Virus record (IMG/VR): IMGVR_UViG_3300013800_000004
Location: 64,001-128,000 of that record
Length of the DNA: 64,000 bases
Origin: a virus
Taxonomy: Duplodnaviria; Heunggongvirae; Uroviricota; Caudoviricetes
Reading direction: 5' to 3' (one strand)
The notes beneath the pieces are model-generated. The model saw nothing but the letters and a program-made list of their open reading frames with translations, did no database searches and was not told where the DNA came from. The position numbers were made by a program, and so were the translations under genes. Positions 45,472 to 55,492 of the stretch are shown here, in pieces (the first letter of the stretch is position 1; each line of letters begins with the position of its first letter).

Positions 45472-48400
45472 ATGCCGCCTTTCAACCGCTATTACAATGT
45501 CCCCTCGTCGGTTTCCCGCTCCCTGGACCCCGGGAATGCAAGCTGGGACACCGTGGTCATGCAGTCTGGGAGGCCCATCCTCGACGCGGAGCTCAACCTC
45601 GTCCAGAACGCGAGTGAGTACAACAGGATGCTTCTTTCAGGGAGCACCCTGCCCTCGGGGTTCATTCGCGGGCAGGGGACGGGTTCGGCGCTGGACGACT
45701 ACCAGTTCCCCCTTCCGGGGGGCGGGAGTCCCGCCAACTCGTTTATTCTCCCGAGGCTGCTGGCCACGGTGGCAGGGATGCCCGTGGTGGTGGAGTACAC
45801 CAACACCACCACGCCGAGTGCCAACGTGGTGGTTCTCCCGGCACCGACACCCTCTTCGGGGGCACCCCCAGACATCAAGCGCACAGACTTTGTGTTCTTG
45901 GAGGTCTGGCGTGCACAGGTGGCCCCGTCACCGAGGGCTTACGGCTGGATTGAGGTAGTCACCCCCCAGGCGATCATCCCCGGCGACACGGTCACCATCG
46001 ACACCACGGCGGTGGGTGGTGGCCCGGTGGTGCTCACGGCTGTGGCAGGAGCTCCCGCCGTGGGTCAGTTCCAGATCGGGGTGGACTCCAACGCGACGGC
46101 CCTGAACCTCGCCACGGAAATCAACGACCCGGTGAACGGGCTCACCCCGTACATCACGGCCAACAGCCACAGTTCCCCCCTCGTCCAGATCACGGCGACC
46201 TCAGGTGGGATTCTCAGCAACGGGATCACCCTGGCAGAGAGCACCGCTGGAGCGAACCTCCTGGTGTCTGGACCAACCCTTGCGGGGGGTGCCACTCGAC
46301 CGAACAAGCCCACGGACGACACCATCTACGTCCATGGCAACGTGCTTGCGCCGGGTGGGGTGAGTCTCCCCGACGACTTGGTAGACCCGGTACTGAACGT
46401 GGAGAGCACCCAGCGGGTGCAGGTCCAGTATCGCCTCAGGGACTACGGGGACGTTCTGTTTGGAGTCAACCCCAAGACACAGCCCGACGGGTTCAGCAAT
46501 ACCGCGGTGCTGGCGCAGGGCACTCAGGTTGCTCCCGTCGCGCTGTACCCATTTGTCCCTGCGGACAACACCACGATTGTGGGGCTCTCGGATGCCACCG
46601 CGTATGGGTTCGTTGACAACGGCCTGTACATCGCAGGGGATGGTAGCTCTGCGGCTGCCACTGCTCTTGGGACGGTGGATGGATTCGTGTACGCCATTCC
46701 GGTGTGCATGGTGTTCCGCCGCAATGATGCCTCTCTGACAGGTGGCTTCGACCCGACGATCAACGCCAACGGGGGGATCTCGGGGACGCACGTCGGGTTC
46801 AACAACACCCACCTGTCGGGTGCCGGGCCGGTGGCCATTGCAGCGGGTGAGTCAGACCGTCCTGACGGTCTGTTCTGCGACTGGATCGCGAGTGCAGATG
46901 TGCTGGACCTTCGGAGGCACGTCACGCCGCCTGGGTACGACTTCGCATCCGAGCTCAAGTACCAAACACAATCCCTCCTCGACCAGACCAACCTCACTTG
47001 GCAGGTTGACGTCTCGGACATGCTCACCATGGCCACGGGGAGTGGGGGCCAGTCTACTACTCCCATGGTCTGTGACGAGATCGCCCGTGCGACCGACCCG
47101 GCGGCGGGGATCGTCGGCACCCGCATCAACACCTTCGACCACATCGCTCGGAGGTTTGGTTCTCAGTCCGTGGTGGAACGGGTGATGTTTGAGGTTCTCC
47201 CGAACGCGGGGCCCTACCCGCCCGGATTCACGGTGGTGAACTCGGGCACCGGCTGGTGCGAGGGGGACACCATCTCTCTGGACTTCACACTTCTGGACCC
47301 CTCATCCATCAACGATTGGACAGCGGGCACTGGTGCCGTCACGGTGGCGGGGACTTGGCCTACGGGCACGAGGGTGACCGACGTGCTCACCGTCTACCAC
47401 GATGACGGCCACAGCATCGTGCCCGTGGACCAACAGGTCCAACTCTCGGGCGTGGCTGGGATGGGGACGACCCTTGTCACCGTCACCCTCGACGTGAACC
47501 CCCAAGCGGTCGACGCTGGGGTGGGCACTGTATTGGCGGATGTCGCCGCAGGGGTCACCGGGTCGCAACGCAGGATCTTCTTGGAGCTCGAAGTCACCTA
47601 CCCGACGGGTGTGGGTCTCCAGAAGACCCCCCGGGCACCACTCACTCCAAGTGCCGTCTCGGGGTACCTCCCCTACGATGGGGGTGCCCTGGTAGAGCAA
47701 GACCCCACGCAACGACCTGTGGACATGGACCCCTTGTGGGTACCCAACCCCAAGTTCCGACCCCCGTTCCGTGAGGTATTGCTGGACCAGAGGTCCGTTG
47801 CCGTCGTGGACACTGTGGTCACTCGGGACCCAAACACGGTCTACCCTCCGCGACGGACACAGACTCTTACAGGTCTAGTGGTCAACGGCGGACCCCCCGC
47901 AAGTGCGACCTTGGGTAGCTCCGAACGGCAGATCGTTCTGGGAATCCCCGCGGGGGCATCACAGATTCCGGTGCCTCTGACATACGTCACGCAAGACCCC
48001 ATCTCTGACGCTGGCACGGGATACCGGCTTGACGTGTACTACGCCACGACGGCACCTCAAACGTGCGGTGTTCAAGCGGGGGCAATCCCCACGTCGCTTC
48101 TCCCCAAGGATCTCCTGCTCGAACCTCTGTCGGTGTCGAACCACCTCTGGACGGGTCAAACAGGTGCTGGCAGCACCGAGCTCTCGTTCCCCTACGGAGT
48201 CCCCCTTGATCCCATTCCCACGCCTGCGGTGGCGATGGGGTACCCCAAGGAGTGGTACTTCGCAGCGACTGCGAACATCTCTGTGGCTGACTTCAACGCC
48301 GATACGGGGTCTCTCACTCTGCACTCCATGGTGCCCTTGGACGGTTCCAACGTGGTGAGCCTCGGAAGCAATGCAGCGGGCCGTGGGACCGGCACTGACC

Positions 48401-48693
48401 CTGAGTTCAGGGCATACTACGACTACGTCAACCACCTGGGGTACAAGCCCACGGTGATGACGCAGCCCCTTTCGGGTGCGGTACGCCACAAGGTGTTCAC
48501 CACCATCCTCGCCCGGTCCAAGCAGCGGACACTGCTGTTCCGTGAAGGGGAGCTCCTCCTGGTGGTGTTCTCCCGGTTCGCAGAGCTCGACGCTGACAAC
48601 AAGATGGTCCTGGCCGACCCCACGGTGGGGAGCATCATGAACGTGGCCGCTGTGTACCGGACACGGAACCTCCTTCTCACCGCAGGGAACTGA
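45472..48693 (+). CDS. 1073-aa tail/baseplate-associated structural protein
   Basis: N-terminal VVMQSGRPILDAELN; DVLDLRRH; T/P/V/G-rich composition. Confidence 0.7.
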   Translation: MPPFNRYYNVPSSVSRSLDPGNASWDTVVMQSGRPILDAELNLVQNASEYNRMLLSGSTLPSGFIRGQGTGSALDDYQFPLPGGGSPANSFILPRLLATVAGMPVVVEYTNTTTPSANVVVLPAPTPSSGAPPDIKRTDFVFLEVWRAQVAPSPRAYGWIEVVTPQAIIPGDTVTIDTTAVGGGPVVLTAVAGAPAVGQFQIGVDSNATALNLATEINDPVNGLTPYITANSHSSPLVQITATSGGILSNGITLAESTAGANLLVSGPTLAGGATRPNKPTDDTIYVHGNVLAPGGVSLPDDLVDPVLNVESTQRVQVQYRLRDYGDVLFGVNPKTQPDGFSNTAVLAQGTQVAPVALYPFVPADNTTIVGLSDATAYGFVDNGLYIAGDGSSAAATALGTVDGFVYAIPVCMVFRRNDASLTGGFDPTINANGGISGTHVGFNNTHLSGAGPVAIAAGESDRPDGLFCDWIASADVLDLRRHVTPPGYDFASELKYQTQSLLDQTNLTWQVDVSDMLTMATGSGGQSTTPMVCDEIARATDPAAGIVGTRINTFDHIARRFGSQSVVERVMFEVLPNAGPYPPGFTVVNSGTGWCEGDTISLDFTLLDPSSINDWTAGTGAVTVAGTWPTGTRVTDVLTVYHDDGHSIVPVDQQVQLSGVAGMGTTLVTVTLDVNPQAVDAGVGTVLADVAAGVTGSQRRIFLELEVTYPTGVGLQKTPRAPLTPSAVSGYLPYDGGALVEQDPTQRPVDMDPLWVPNPKFRPPFREVLLDQRSVAVVDTVVTRDPNTVYPPRRTQTLTGLVVNGGPPASATLGSSERQIVLGIPAGASQIPVPLTYVTQDPISDAGTGYRLDVYYATTAPQTCGVQAGAIPTSLLPKDLLLEPLSVSNHLWTGQTGAGSTELSFPYGVPLDPIPTPAVAMGYPKEWYFAATANISVADFNADTGSLTLHSMVPLDGSNVVSLGSNAAGRGTGTDPEFRAYYDYVNHLGYKPTVMTQPLSGAVRHKVFTTILARSKQRTLLFREGELLLVVFSRFAELDADNKMVLADPTVGSIMNVAAVYRTRNLLLTAGN

Positions 48694-48697
48694 ACCC

Positions 48698-51600
48698 ATG
48701 CCACGCACGAACAATCCCTCGGACCTCATCACTGGCGGCGGCTCTGCGACCCCCGGATCGGTCAGTCAGTCTGCCCTTGCGCCCTCAGACGTGGGGCCGG
48801 TCTCGGGCACTCTTGATGCCCATGTGTACGCCCCATCCGGGGCTCACCCGGCAACTGCCATCTCGATCCTTGACCCCTACGCTAGGTACTTCATGAGCCT
48901 GAGCGCACAGGGGGGGTTCGATGAGCTTGCCGCGCTGATCCCTCCTTCCATGGGTGGGGTGGGGAGTGACGGTGTGCCCTGGTTGGGCTCTGCCAACACT
49001 GGTGTGCCCGACTGGGGCATCCTCAAGCTCCATGACGGGGCTGTCTCGTTCACGGGCAACACGAGTGCAGACCCCTCCGTGGTGTTCCCCTACTACTACA
49101 GGGCACCCGTGAGTCCTTCGGGAGTAGGGCTCACAGGCTCGGGGATGGAGCCTGTCACCGATCCAACCTTCAACCTGTACAACGGCAGCAAGTTCCCTCT
49201 GTACACGGGCGGGGGGGACGGTCTCTGTCACGCGGCGTTCATCACCATTCCGATGGGGGGTGGTGGCCCAATTGGGTACCCCTCCTGGCGAGTGTTGTCC
49301 GCCGTGGCAGACCCCGCCGCAGTGGTGTCAGGCATTGTCTCACCCGCAGACCGTGGCGTGCTGGCCCTGGTCAAGTGGCCCACGGGATTGGAACCGACTC
49401 CGGCGGCTCCGGCGGCCAGCGTGGCGGACGTCCAAGCCCGATGCGTCGCCGCACTTCTCCTTGGCAAGGGGGTGTCCACCAGTGGCTGTGATGGCAACCC
49501 GGGCGGAGTGTTCATCGAGGGCTCGGGGTCAGCCTACGCCTCAGGGGTGATGACCTTTCTCAACAACGTGGTGGCGGCGGACACTGTCACCCTGGACCTG
49601 AGTGTGCTCCCGGGGGGCCCCGGCACCCCCACGGTGTTCACTGCCGTGGCAGGCGCCCCCACCACTCCCTTGGAGTTCCAAACCGGCGGCGGGGCGGGCG
49701 CCACGGGAGACAACCTCGCCCTGGCCATCAACAGTCTGTTCTTCCCTGGATTGGTGGCAGCGATCTCGGACGGGGCGGGCAACCTCACCATCCGTGTTCA
49801 GGTGGCCGGTTCGGTCGGCAACTCGGTGACGTTCGCCACCACGGCGAACCCCCTCAACCTCACGGTCACAAGTCCCACGGGGGGCACCGACGTCACTGCG
49901 AGCCCGTACAACTTCCCGGGCCGTGCATCGGGCCAGTTCAACCTGGACGAACTGCACACGGCCACAAGCCTCGGGACAGCCCAGCCCGTGTACAACCCGG
50001 CTGCTGGCCAAGTGCGACTGCTCACGGACCCCGCGGCAGTGAGCTTCTCTCCTGCGACCACGGCGGGGGGGCTCCCCATCCTCGGTGCAACCACATCTGC
50101 CATTGGGACTACCACGGTGGTTCCTTGGTTGCCCTACGCCCTGGGGGGTGGGACAGACGGAAACTTCTTCGCCTACCGGCTCCCGTACCTCAAGGACTAC
50201 GACGCGACCACGGGGATTGTGTACACCCCCGCGGCGGAGCAATCCCGGTTCACCACCACCGCGGCCATCGGACCAGCACTGACCCCAACGCTTACCCAGG
50301 CCGGTGACTACGCCAACTTCACCGCGGATTTCTGGGCGTTCCAGATCGCCCGGTACCGCCACCGGTTCGAGCTTCAACCTCCTCCAGTGGGTGCGGTCTC
50401 ACGCCTGGACGACAACTACGCCATCGTCCACTTCAAGAAGGAAGCGTACTTCGAGGCATACGTGGTGGACGCGGTCGTACCCACGGATGACCAAGTGTAC
50501 TCCGTGAACCTGATGTCGTGGGTGGGCGACGTGGCGCCGTTTGCCCAACTCACCAACTTGGTGACGACTACCCCCACGTCGTCAACCGCGAACATGGTGA
50601 ACCGGGCAGAGGTTTGCGAAGACTCCGACGGGACACTCCCCGTAGTCGCCGCGGGGGTCTGCAACTACACCCTGGACACGGCCACAGTAGGGGACACCAC
50701 GTTTTACTCGGGGGTGCCTCACCTCGTGCCGGTGGACCGCACTACGGTGGCAGACCCCTCCATCGCGATCACCGGCTTGACCTTTGAGTACGGGAACCTG
50801 TTCAACAACAGCTACCGCTCACACGACAAGGTGCCTGTCGCTGGCCCGTTGTCTGCGGACAACCGCAGGTACGCGGTCAACCAGAACCCCGCGTTCCTGT
50901 CCCTGTCCTCGTACAGCTACGAGGGGGATGAGTCCCTGGTGATTTCCACCATCTCCGCAGGGTCCCCCCTGTTCCCGGCAGATCTTGGTGAGATTCGTCG
51001 CCAGCGCATCGAGTTCGGGTACGCAGACCTGACCACCCCGGTCACGCTGGACCCCGCGGCGCCCGACACCGCGCTGTACACGTTCGCTCCCGCCGTGGGA
51101 TTGGCGAACGGCATCTTCTTCCAGGGCGACCTCGTGGACCCCTCGTTCACAAGAGACGCCAAGGTGCGGCTGGTGTTCCGCCGCCCGCTCATTGTGGACA
51201 TCGCGGGTTTCTCCACCCCGTCTGTGTTTGACCTCCCAAGGGACACGGGCACCACCGTGCTCTACCACTCGATGCAAGAGGGTACAGGGACATTGGCGGT
51301 GTTGTTCGGCAACCCCAACAACCCAGCCCTCGCCACCAGGAACAGCGCCAAGGACATCAAGGAGAGGTTCCTCGACGAGGTGTACCGCTACCCAGAGGAC
51401 TGGACGCCCCTCGCAGCCCCCGATGCAACCCAACTCCAAGGCCCTGGGCTCCCGTTTGGTCCGGTGGCGATCCAGGTGCCTGTGCGTCCCGGCGTCGCCC
51501 CATACACAGGGTGGTACGATCTCACCCTTCATTTGTCGGCGCTGGACAACGCCACAGCGAACCTCGACAATGCCCTCCAAGTGGCAGGGCTCCCCGAGCG

Positions 51601-52198
51601 CAACCCCTCCTACACAGAAGGGTTGAGCTCCCCGTTTCAGTCGAGTGGGGTGCTCATTTACCCCAAGACGGACTACAGCGCCGGGCACGACCCTGTCGGA
51701 CCGGACTACTCCGTCATCACGGGTGACCGGGTGTACGTGCGCGCCTTCGATGCGGGTGCTGCCCTGGTGGGCACATCCACGGTGACGTTCCGCCTCTGGG
51801 GGGTGGACATCACGGACTTCCAGTATGTGGGACCAGGACCGGGTGGGGTGGGCATGGCGGTGATGGTGAAGATCCCGGGCCTCACCACCTGGATGGACGC
51901 TGGGCGCGCGGACGGCGCTGGCCCGTCCAAGCAGGACATCGCTCTTGATGGTGCCGGGTGCCTGTCGAGTGCCGTCACGGGGACGGATCTCTCCACACAG
52001 GTCTACTACACAGACGTGACCCTGAACCTCGGGCCTGCCACCCTGTTCCTCAACGCTGAGGTGCCCCAACGGTGCCCGGTGCTGGTGAAGGTGATCCTCA
52101 AGGACAACGCCACGGGCAAGGGGCTAGACTGGGCCAACGTGGCTGCGACCGCTGCGACCAGCACCTGCCGTGGGCTGGTGGGCATCGAGGTCGTGTGA
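48698..52198 (+). CDS. 1166-aa structural protein (tail fibre/baseplate-associated)
   Basis: HPATAIS short repeat motif; FTAVAGAP segment shared with the upstream protein (LTAVAGAP); ERFLDEVYRY. Confidence 0.65.
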   Translation: MPRTNNPSDLITGGGSATPGSVSQSALAPSDVGPVSGTLDAHVYAPSGAHPATAISILDPYARYFMSLSAQGGFDELAALIPPSMGGVGSDGVPWLGSANTGVPDWGILKLHDGAVSFTGNTSADPSVVFPYYYRAPVSPSGVGLTGSGMEPVTDPTFNLYNGSKFPLYTGGGDGLCHAAFITIPMGGGGPIGYPSWRVLSAVADPAAVVSGIVSPADRGVLALVKWPTGLEPTPAAPAASVADVQARCVAALLLGKGVSTSGCDGNPGGVFIEGSGSAYASGVMTFLNNVVAADTVTLDLSVLPGGPGTPTVFTAVAGAPTTPLEFQTGGGAGATGDNLALAINSLFFPGLVAAISDGAGNLTIRVQVAGSVGNSVTFATTANPLNLTVTSPTGGTDVTASPYNFPGRASGQFNLDELHTATSLGTAQPVYNPAAGQVRLLTDPAAVSFSPATTAGGLPILGATTSAIGTTTVVPWLPYALGGGTDGNFFAYRLPYLKDYDATTGIVYTPAAEQSRFTTTAAIGPALTPTLTQAGDYANFTADFWAFQIARYRHRFELQPPPVGAVSRLDDNYAIVHFKKEAYFEAYVVDAVVPTDDQVYSVNLMSWVGDVAPFAQLTNLVTTTPTSSTANMVNRAEVCEDSDGTLPVVAAGVCNYTLDTATVGDTTFYSGVPHLVPVDRTTVADPSIAITGLTFEYGNLFNNSYRSHDKVPVAGPLSADNRRYAVNQNPAFLSLSSYSYEGDESLVISTISAGSPLFPADLGEIRRQRIEFGYADLTTPVTLDPAAPDTALYTFAPAVGLANGIFFQGDLVDPSFTRDAKVRLVFRRPLIVDIAGFSTPSVFDLPRDTGTTVLYHSMQEGTGTLAVLFGNPNNPALATRNSAKDIKERFLDEVYRYPEDWTPLAAPDATQLQGPGLPFGPVAIQVPVRPGVAPYTGWYDLTLHLSALDNATANLDNALQVAGLPERNPSYTEGLSSPFQSSGVLIYPKTDYSAGHDPVGPDYSVITGDRVYVRAFDAGAALVGTSTVTFRLWGVDITDFQYVGPGPGGVGMAVMVKIPGLTTWMDAGRADGAGPSKQDIALDGAGCLSSAVTGTDLSTQVYYTDVTLNLGPATLFLNAEVPQRCPVLVKVILKDNATGKGLDWANVAATAATSTCRGLVGIEVV

Positions 52199-52215
52199 TG
52201 CCCTCAGAGATCCAG

Positions 52216-52554
52216 TCACTGGAACAAGTCCAGGACCGTGCCCACCCCATCGTAGTCTGATGGAGCGGGGGTGGCCGACCCAGGGACCAGCCCACGCTTC
52301 CCTGCGACCTTGTGGATGATCTCGTCGATCATGGGTGCAAACGCGGGGGGGTAGTGGGCAAGCCCATGTGAGCCATGGGCATTGGTCTTGGTCGCGAGGT
52401 TCTTCTGGGGCAGGTACCCCAGTCGTGTCCTCCAGGCTTTGGCGCACAGGCCACCCACAGTCATGGCGAACTCGCTGGAGTAGGGGTACCCCAGGAAGTG
52501 TATCCGCTCTCGGATGAGGATGACTGCGTTGTTTTGTGAGTTGTCGGGCAGCAT
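52216..52554 (-). CDS. hypothetical protein
   Basis: Class I motif 8 nt upstream. Confidence 0.7.
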   Translation of the reverse strand: MLPDNSQNNAVILIRERIHFLGYPYSSEFAMTVGGLCAKAWRTRLGYLPQKNLATKTNAHGSHGLAHYPPAFAPMIDEIIHKVAGKRGLVPGSATPAPSDYDGVGTVLDLFQ

Positions 52555-52562
52555 AGAAGACG

Positions 52563-52757
52563 TTACGCCCTCGGCGGCCTTGCGTAGCGCCCGTTGTAGG
52601 GAGGGATGTAGTCCAGGCGTCCCACGTCGATCCAGAGAGCGATCATACTCCGAACCTCTCGGGCATCGTCCGTCCGGTCAAACCGGACGGAGTTGGCCGT
52701 CCGATACCACGAGTCGGGCTGTGGCTCGTGGCATGTCACTGTTACCCGCACGGTCAC
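52563..52757 (-). CDS. small hypothetical protein
   Basis: GTGA overlap; its stop lies inside the class I motif. Confidence 0.6.
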   Translation of the reverse strand: MTVRVTVTCHEPQPDSWYRTANSVRFDRTDDAREVRSMIALWIDVGRLDYIPPYNGRYARPPRA

Positions 52758-53248
52758 AGTCCGAGGTACTCGATCTCATCGTCGGTGAGGGAGTGGGTCA
52801 CCGCACGCTCCACCTGCGCGCCGGTCTTCTCGTCCACCGCCGGGAGGGTGTCGCGGAGGTTGCGGACGATGAGGACCATGCGACGGGCCTCCTCGCTCTC
52901 GCTCTCGATGAGGTTCTTCTCGGTGACAATGTTGGCCACCGCACCCGCAGGCACCACCACCTCGGTCTTGGGCCGGAGGTCAAGACCAGTGGCGGGGCCG
53001 TTCGTCGAGTAGCTAATGCGCGACTGCCCGCGATCCTGGTCCTTCAGGTACTGGATCACCATGTCCGAGAGCATCTCGCTGGTGATGCTGTGCGCCCCCA
53101 TGAGCTTGGCGACCCGGTCTCGGCGCTCCTCGACCTTGGCCCGTAGGGCCAGGATCTTGGCTTCCATCTTCTCCCGGACCACCGCCGTGGTGAACTTGTT
53201 GTAGCTGACCCCGCGGAACATCGCCTGGACGTTGTGTGCCATCCCCAT
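52754..53248 (-). CDS. hypothetical phage protein
   Basis: Coiled-coil; ends LTDDEIEYLGL. Confidence 0.8.
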   Translation of the reverse strand: MGMAHNVQAMFRGVSYNKFTTAVVREKMEAKILALRAKVEERRDRVAKLMGAHSITSEMLSDMVIQYLKDQDRGQSRISYSTNGPATGLDLRPKTEVVVPAGAVANIVTEKNLIESESEEARRMVLIVRNLRDTLPAVDEKTGAQVERAVTHSLTDDEIEYLGL

Positions 53249-53276
53249 GTGCTTGACCTTGAACCTTTCGAGCCTG

Positions 53277-53618
53277 TTACGCCCCGTCGAGAATCTCCGC
53301 CACCATGAGGTTCACTTTCCGTCCACGTCCTCGGTCCTCTTCGGCCTTGGGCCCGTAGGGGAAGCACATGTCCAGTTGTCCCTCCGAGGGCCACACGAAC
53401 ATGTAGCGTTCGGGCTCCTTGGTGGAGAGCCACCCCCAGTAGTTGGACGGTGGGTCAGTGGGCAGACGCTCCCGGACAGAGACCCTCACGATGGGCTCGG
53501 ACAACCCATGGAGCTTCACCCACCACTCGCTCGGGCTGGCGTGGAAGTAGTAGGGCAACCCGTCCTGTCCTCGGAGAAACTTGTGGGCGTAGTACGTGAC
53601 CGTGTTGGGATCTGTCAC
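53277..53618 (-). CDS. hypothetical phage protein
   Basis: 113 aa, aromatic-rich; GTGA overlap. Confidence 0.75.
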   Translation of the reverse strand: MTDPNTVTYYAHKFLRGQDGLPYYFHASPSEWWVKLHGLSEPIVRVSVRERLPTDPPSNYWGWLSTKEPERYMFVWPSEGQLDMCFPYGPKAEEDRGRGRKVNLMVAEILDGA

Positions 53619-54214
53619 TTGTCCTCCATCTCAGGCTTCGGGGGGTAGGGGTACGTCTCCTCGACCTTCGCCCGGATCTGTTCGTCCAACTCGTCGCCCA
53701 GGTTGAGCTCCCTGAGCAGACCGAGCGAGTAGGCTCGCAGACGGTCTGCGTACTGCACCCCCTTTTCCCACTTGGCCAGCGCCCCACGCCGCTGCTTCTC
53801 TGCCTCGTACGCATCCTCGAACTCAGGGGCCAGGGGGAAGTTCAGCGCCAAGAAGACCCTCCGACTGCCCGGGGTAAAGGTGCCGTCAACCACACGGCGT
53901 GCCATCTCCTTGGCCGCCGTGATGAGGTCCTTGACAGGGAAGACTCGAACCCCGCTGCCCAGGTTTGACCAGTTCGGTGGACCGGCCACCCACAGCGTGG
54001 GATTCCACAGCATCCCGAACATGCACGACGGGTCGTGGGGGGTCTTGGCGACCTCCGCGGCGACGTTTTCGGTCGTGTGTGAAACCACGGATCTCGCCCC
54101 ACACAGTAGGCACGTCCTCGTGATGGCATGGACGTTAGGCTGCACATCGTCAACCTGCATCACCAGCGTCTGGAGCTTGTACAACTGGCGGGCGACATCG
54201 TTCAGCAGCATCAT
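53615..54214 (-). CDS. hypothetical protein
   Basis: Start reassigned to ATG 54214, 8 nt from the class I motif at 54223-54230. Confidence 0.7.
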   Translation of the reverse strand: MMLLNDVARQLYKLQTLVMQVDDVQPNVHAITRTCLLCGARSVVSHTTENVAAEVAKTPHDPSCMFGMLWNPTLWVAGPPNWSNLGSGVRVFPVKDLITAAKEMARRVVDGTFTPGSRRVFLALNFPLAPEFEDAYEAEKQRRGALAKWEKGVQYADRLRAYSLGLLRELNLGDELDEQIRAKVEETYPYPPKPEMEDK

Positions 54215-54307
54215 AGGGGGTATTACGCCCTGTGTCGTCACCAAGGGTGGATTGTGCCCCTTGGGGTTGACTGGGGGGCGTAACAGGGCTAGGTAGGAGG
54301 TTCACAC

Positions 54308-54684
54308 AGGCCCGTAAAGGTTTCGACGTGGCGGCGAAGAGGAAAGAGTTGTGGCCGTTGAGGTCTCGCACAACGTAAACACGCGAGATGAACCCAAATG
54401 CGAACGACAATGCCGTTCCTGCCTTCGCCGCCGCTGCCTGAAAGGGACCAGCGTCGCTGAGAGCCTTGTCGGACCCCACCCCGCTGATGGTGGACCGGCT
54501 CGATAATGAAGTCAGATAGGTCTCAGGCCCGGTGACGGGGTCTGAGGATGAAAACCAAGCAGCCACGCCGACCCGAGAAGCCTGTCCATGGGCGTCGAAG
54601 GGTAGCTGACAAAACACTGGACAAGGCCACAAACACTCTCAATCCAAGTGGTTGCGGACTCGGGTTCGATTCCCGACGGGTCTA
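54308..54684 (+). ncRNA. ssrA: one-piece tmRNA; tag reading frame ANDNAVPAFAAAA at 54400-54441
   Basis: Acceptor stem AGGCCCG/CGGGTCT with G3.U70 and A73; 5' ...TTTCGAC; T-arm TCGGG-TTCGATT-CCCGA; helix TTGTGGCC/GGCCACAA; AAAT-GCG-AAC-GAC resume site; 377 nt. Confidence 0.93.
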
Positions 54685-54688
54685 AATG

Positions 54689-54720
54689 AGGCCCACCAAC
54701 CAGTGATGGTTGGTGGGCCT
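54689..54720 (+). terminator. 14-bp hairpin after the tmRNA
   Basis: AGGCCCACCAACCA-GTGA-TGGTTGGTGGGCCT. Confidence 0.7.
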
Positions 54721-54736
54721 TACACTTTGGAGACCC

Positions 54737-54910
54737 ATGCCCCCCAACAGCCCGTACCGCACCCCACCTAAACCCCCTGAGCCCCCACCTGTCCCACCAA
54801 GGTGGCAGCGAGCCCTCTGTGCGATTGGGGTGCACGGCCCTCCTGGGAGCTACACCGGGGGTCTGATCAGCTACTGCTCCTGGTGCCGCACTGGGGTCTA
54901 CCCCAGCTAG
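54737..54910 (+). CDS. small Pro-rich hypothetical protein
   Basis: GGAG before ATG; C..GVH...CSWC. Confidence 0.5.
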   Translation: MPPNSPYRTPPKPPEPPPVPPRWQRALCAIGVHGPPGSYTGGLISYCSWCRTGVYPS

Positions 54911-55164
54911 GGGCTCCACCGGGTTCTGTTCAGGCCCCGGAGCTTCTTGACCTTGTACTCCACGGACTGAGCCTCACTTCTCCCGCTGTACGGGCCGTAC
55001 ACGGTCAACAGCCCCCACGGCCTGCACGAGCGGGTACATCGGGCTCCCCCCACGATCTCGCCGTTGTGCTGACGGACCCTTCGGGCCACGTCATTCGTGC
55101 AACCCACGTAGGTGCGGCGGACGCTCAAACTCCCCAAAACGTAGACAAACCAGGGCTTGCTCAT
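54907..55164 (-). CDS. GIY-YIG nuclease (SLX1/UPF0213-like)
   Basis: FVYVL...TYVGCTNDVARRVRQHNGEIVGGARCT...RPW...EY. Confidence 0.9.
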   Translation of the reverse strand: MSKPWFVYVLGSLSVRRTYVGCTNDVARRVRQHNGEIVGGARCTRSCRPWGLLTVYGPYSGRSEAQSVEYKVKKLRGLNRTRWSP

Positions 55165-55226
55165 TGACTCCTCAATACTCCCATTGATTCTCTTATACCC
55201 GCTTGGGGGGTAGGAGAACAGCCTGC

Positions 55227-55472
55227 ATGGCAACCGACAAAACCGCCTCCGACAAACTGGACGTTGTGAGCAAGGCACTAGCCAACCGTCTGGTGGACAT
55301 CATCACGTCTGTGGACGATGACGAGCTCAACGAGATCCCCACCAAGCTGACCAACATCCTCACCGCGGTGAAGCTGATGCAGTCTGAGTTGCAGAGGAAC
55401 CCCGAGCGGTCCATGGACCTCGTGGTGGCGCTGTCCACCGCCCTCTCCCGCCGCCTCAAGATCTTCCTCTGA
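55227..55472 (+). CDS. small helical hypothetical protein
   Basis: AGGAG upstream; ATG 55227. Confidence 0.7.
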   Translation: MATDKTASDKLDVVSKALANRLVDIITSVDDDELNEIPTKLTNILTAVKLMQSELQRNPERSMDLVVALSTALSRRLKIFL

Positions 55473-55492
55473 CAGGGTACGGGAGAACTGCA

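Noticed and set aside
31716-52198. Bacterial contractile injection system (T6SS, eCIS or tailocin) rather than phage
   Set aside because: The baseplate genes are embedded among a phage-type polymerase, helicases, homing endonucleases and many small orphan genes, with no Tss or Afp accessory genes.
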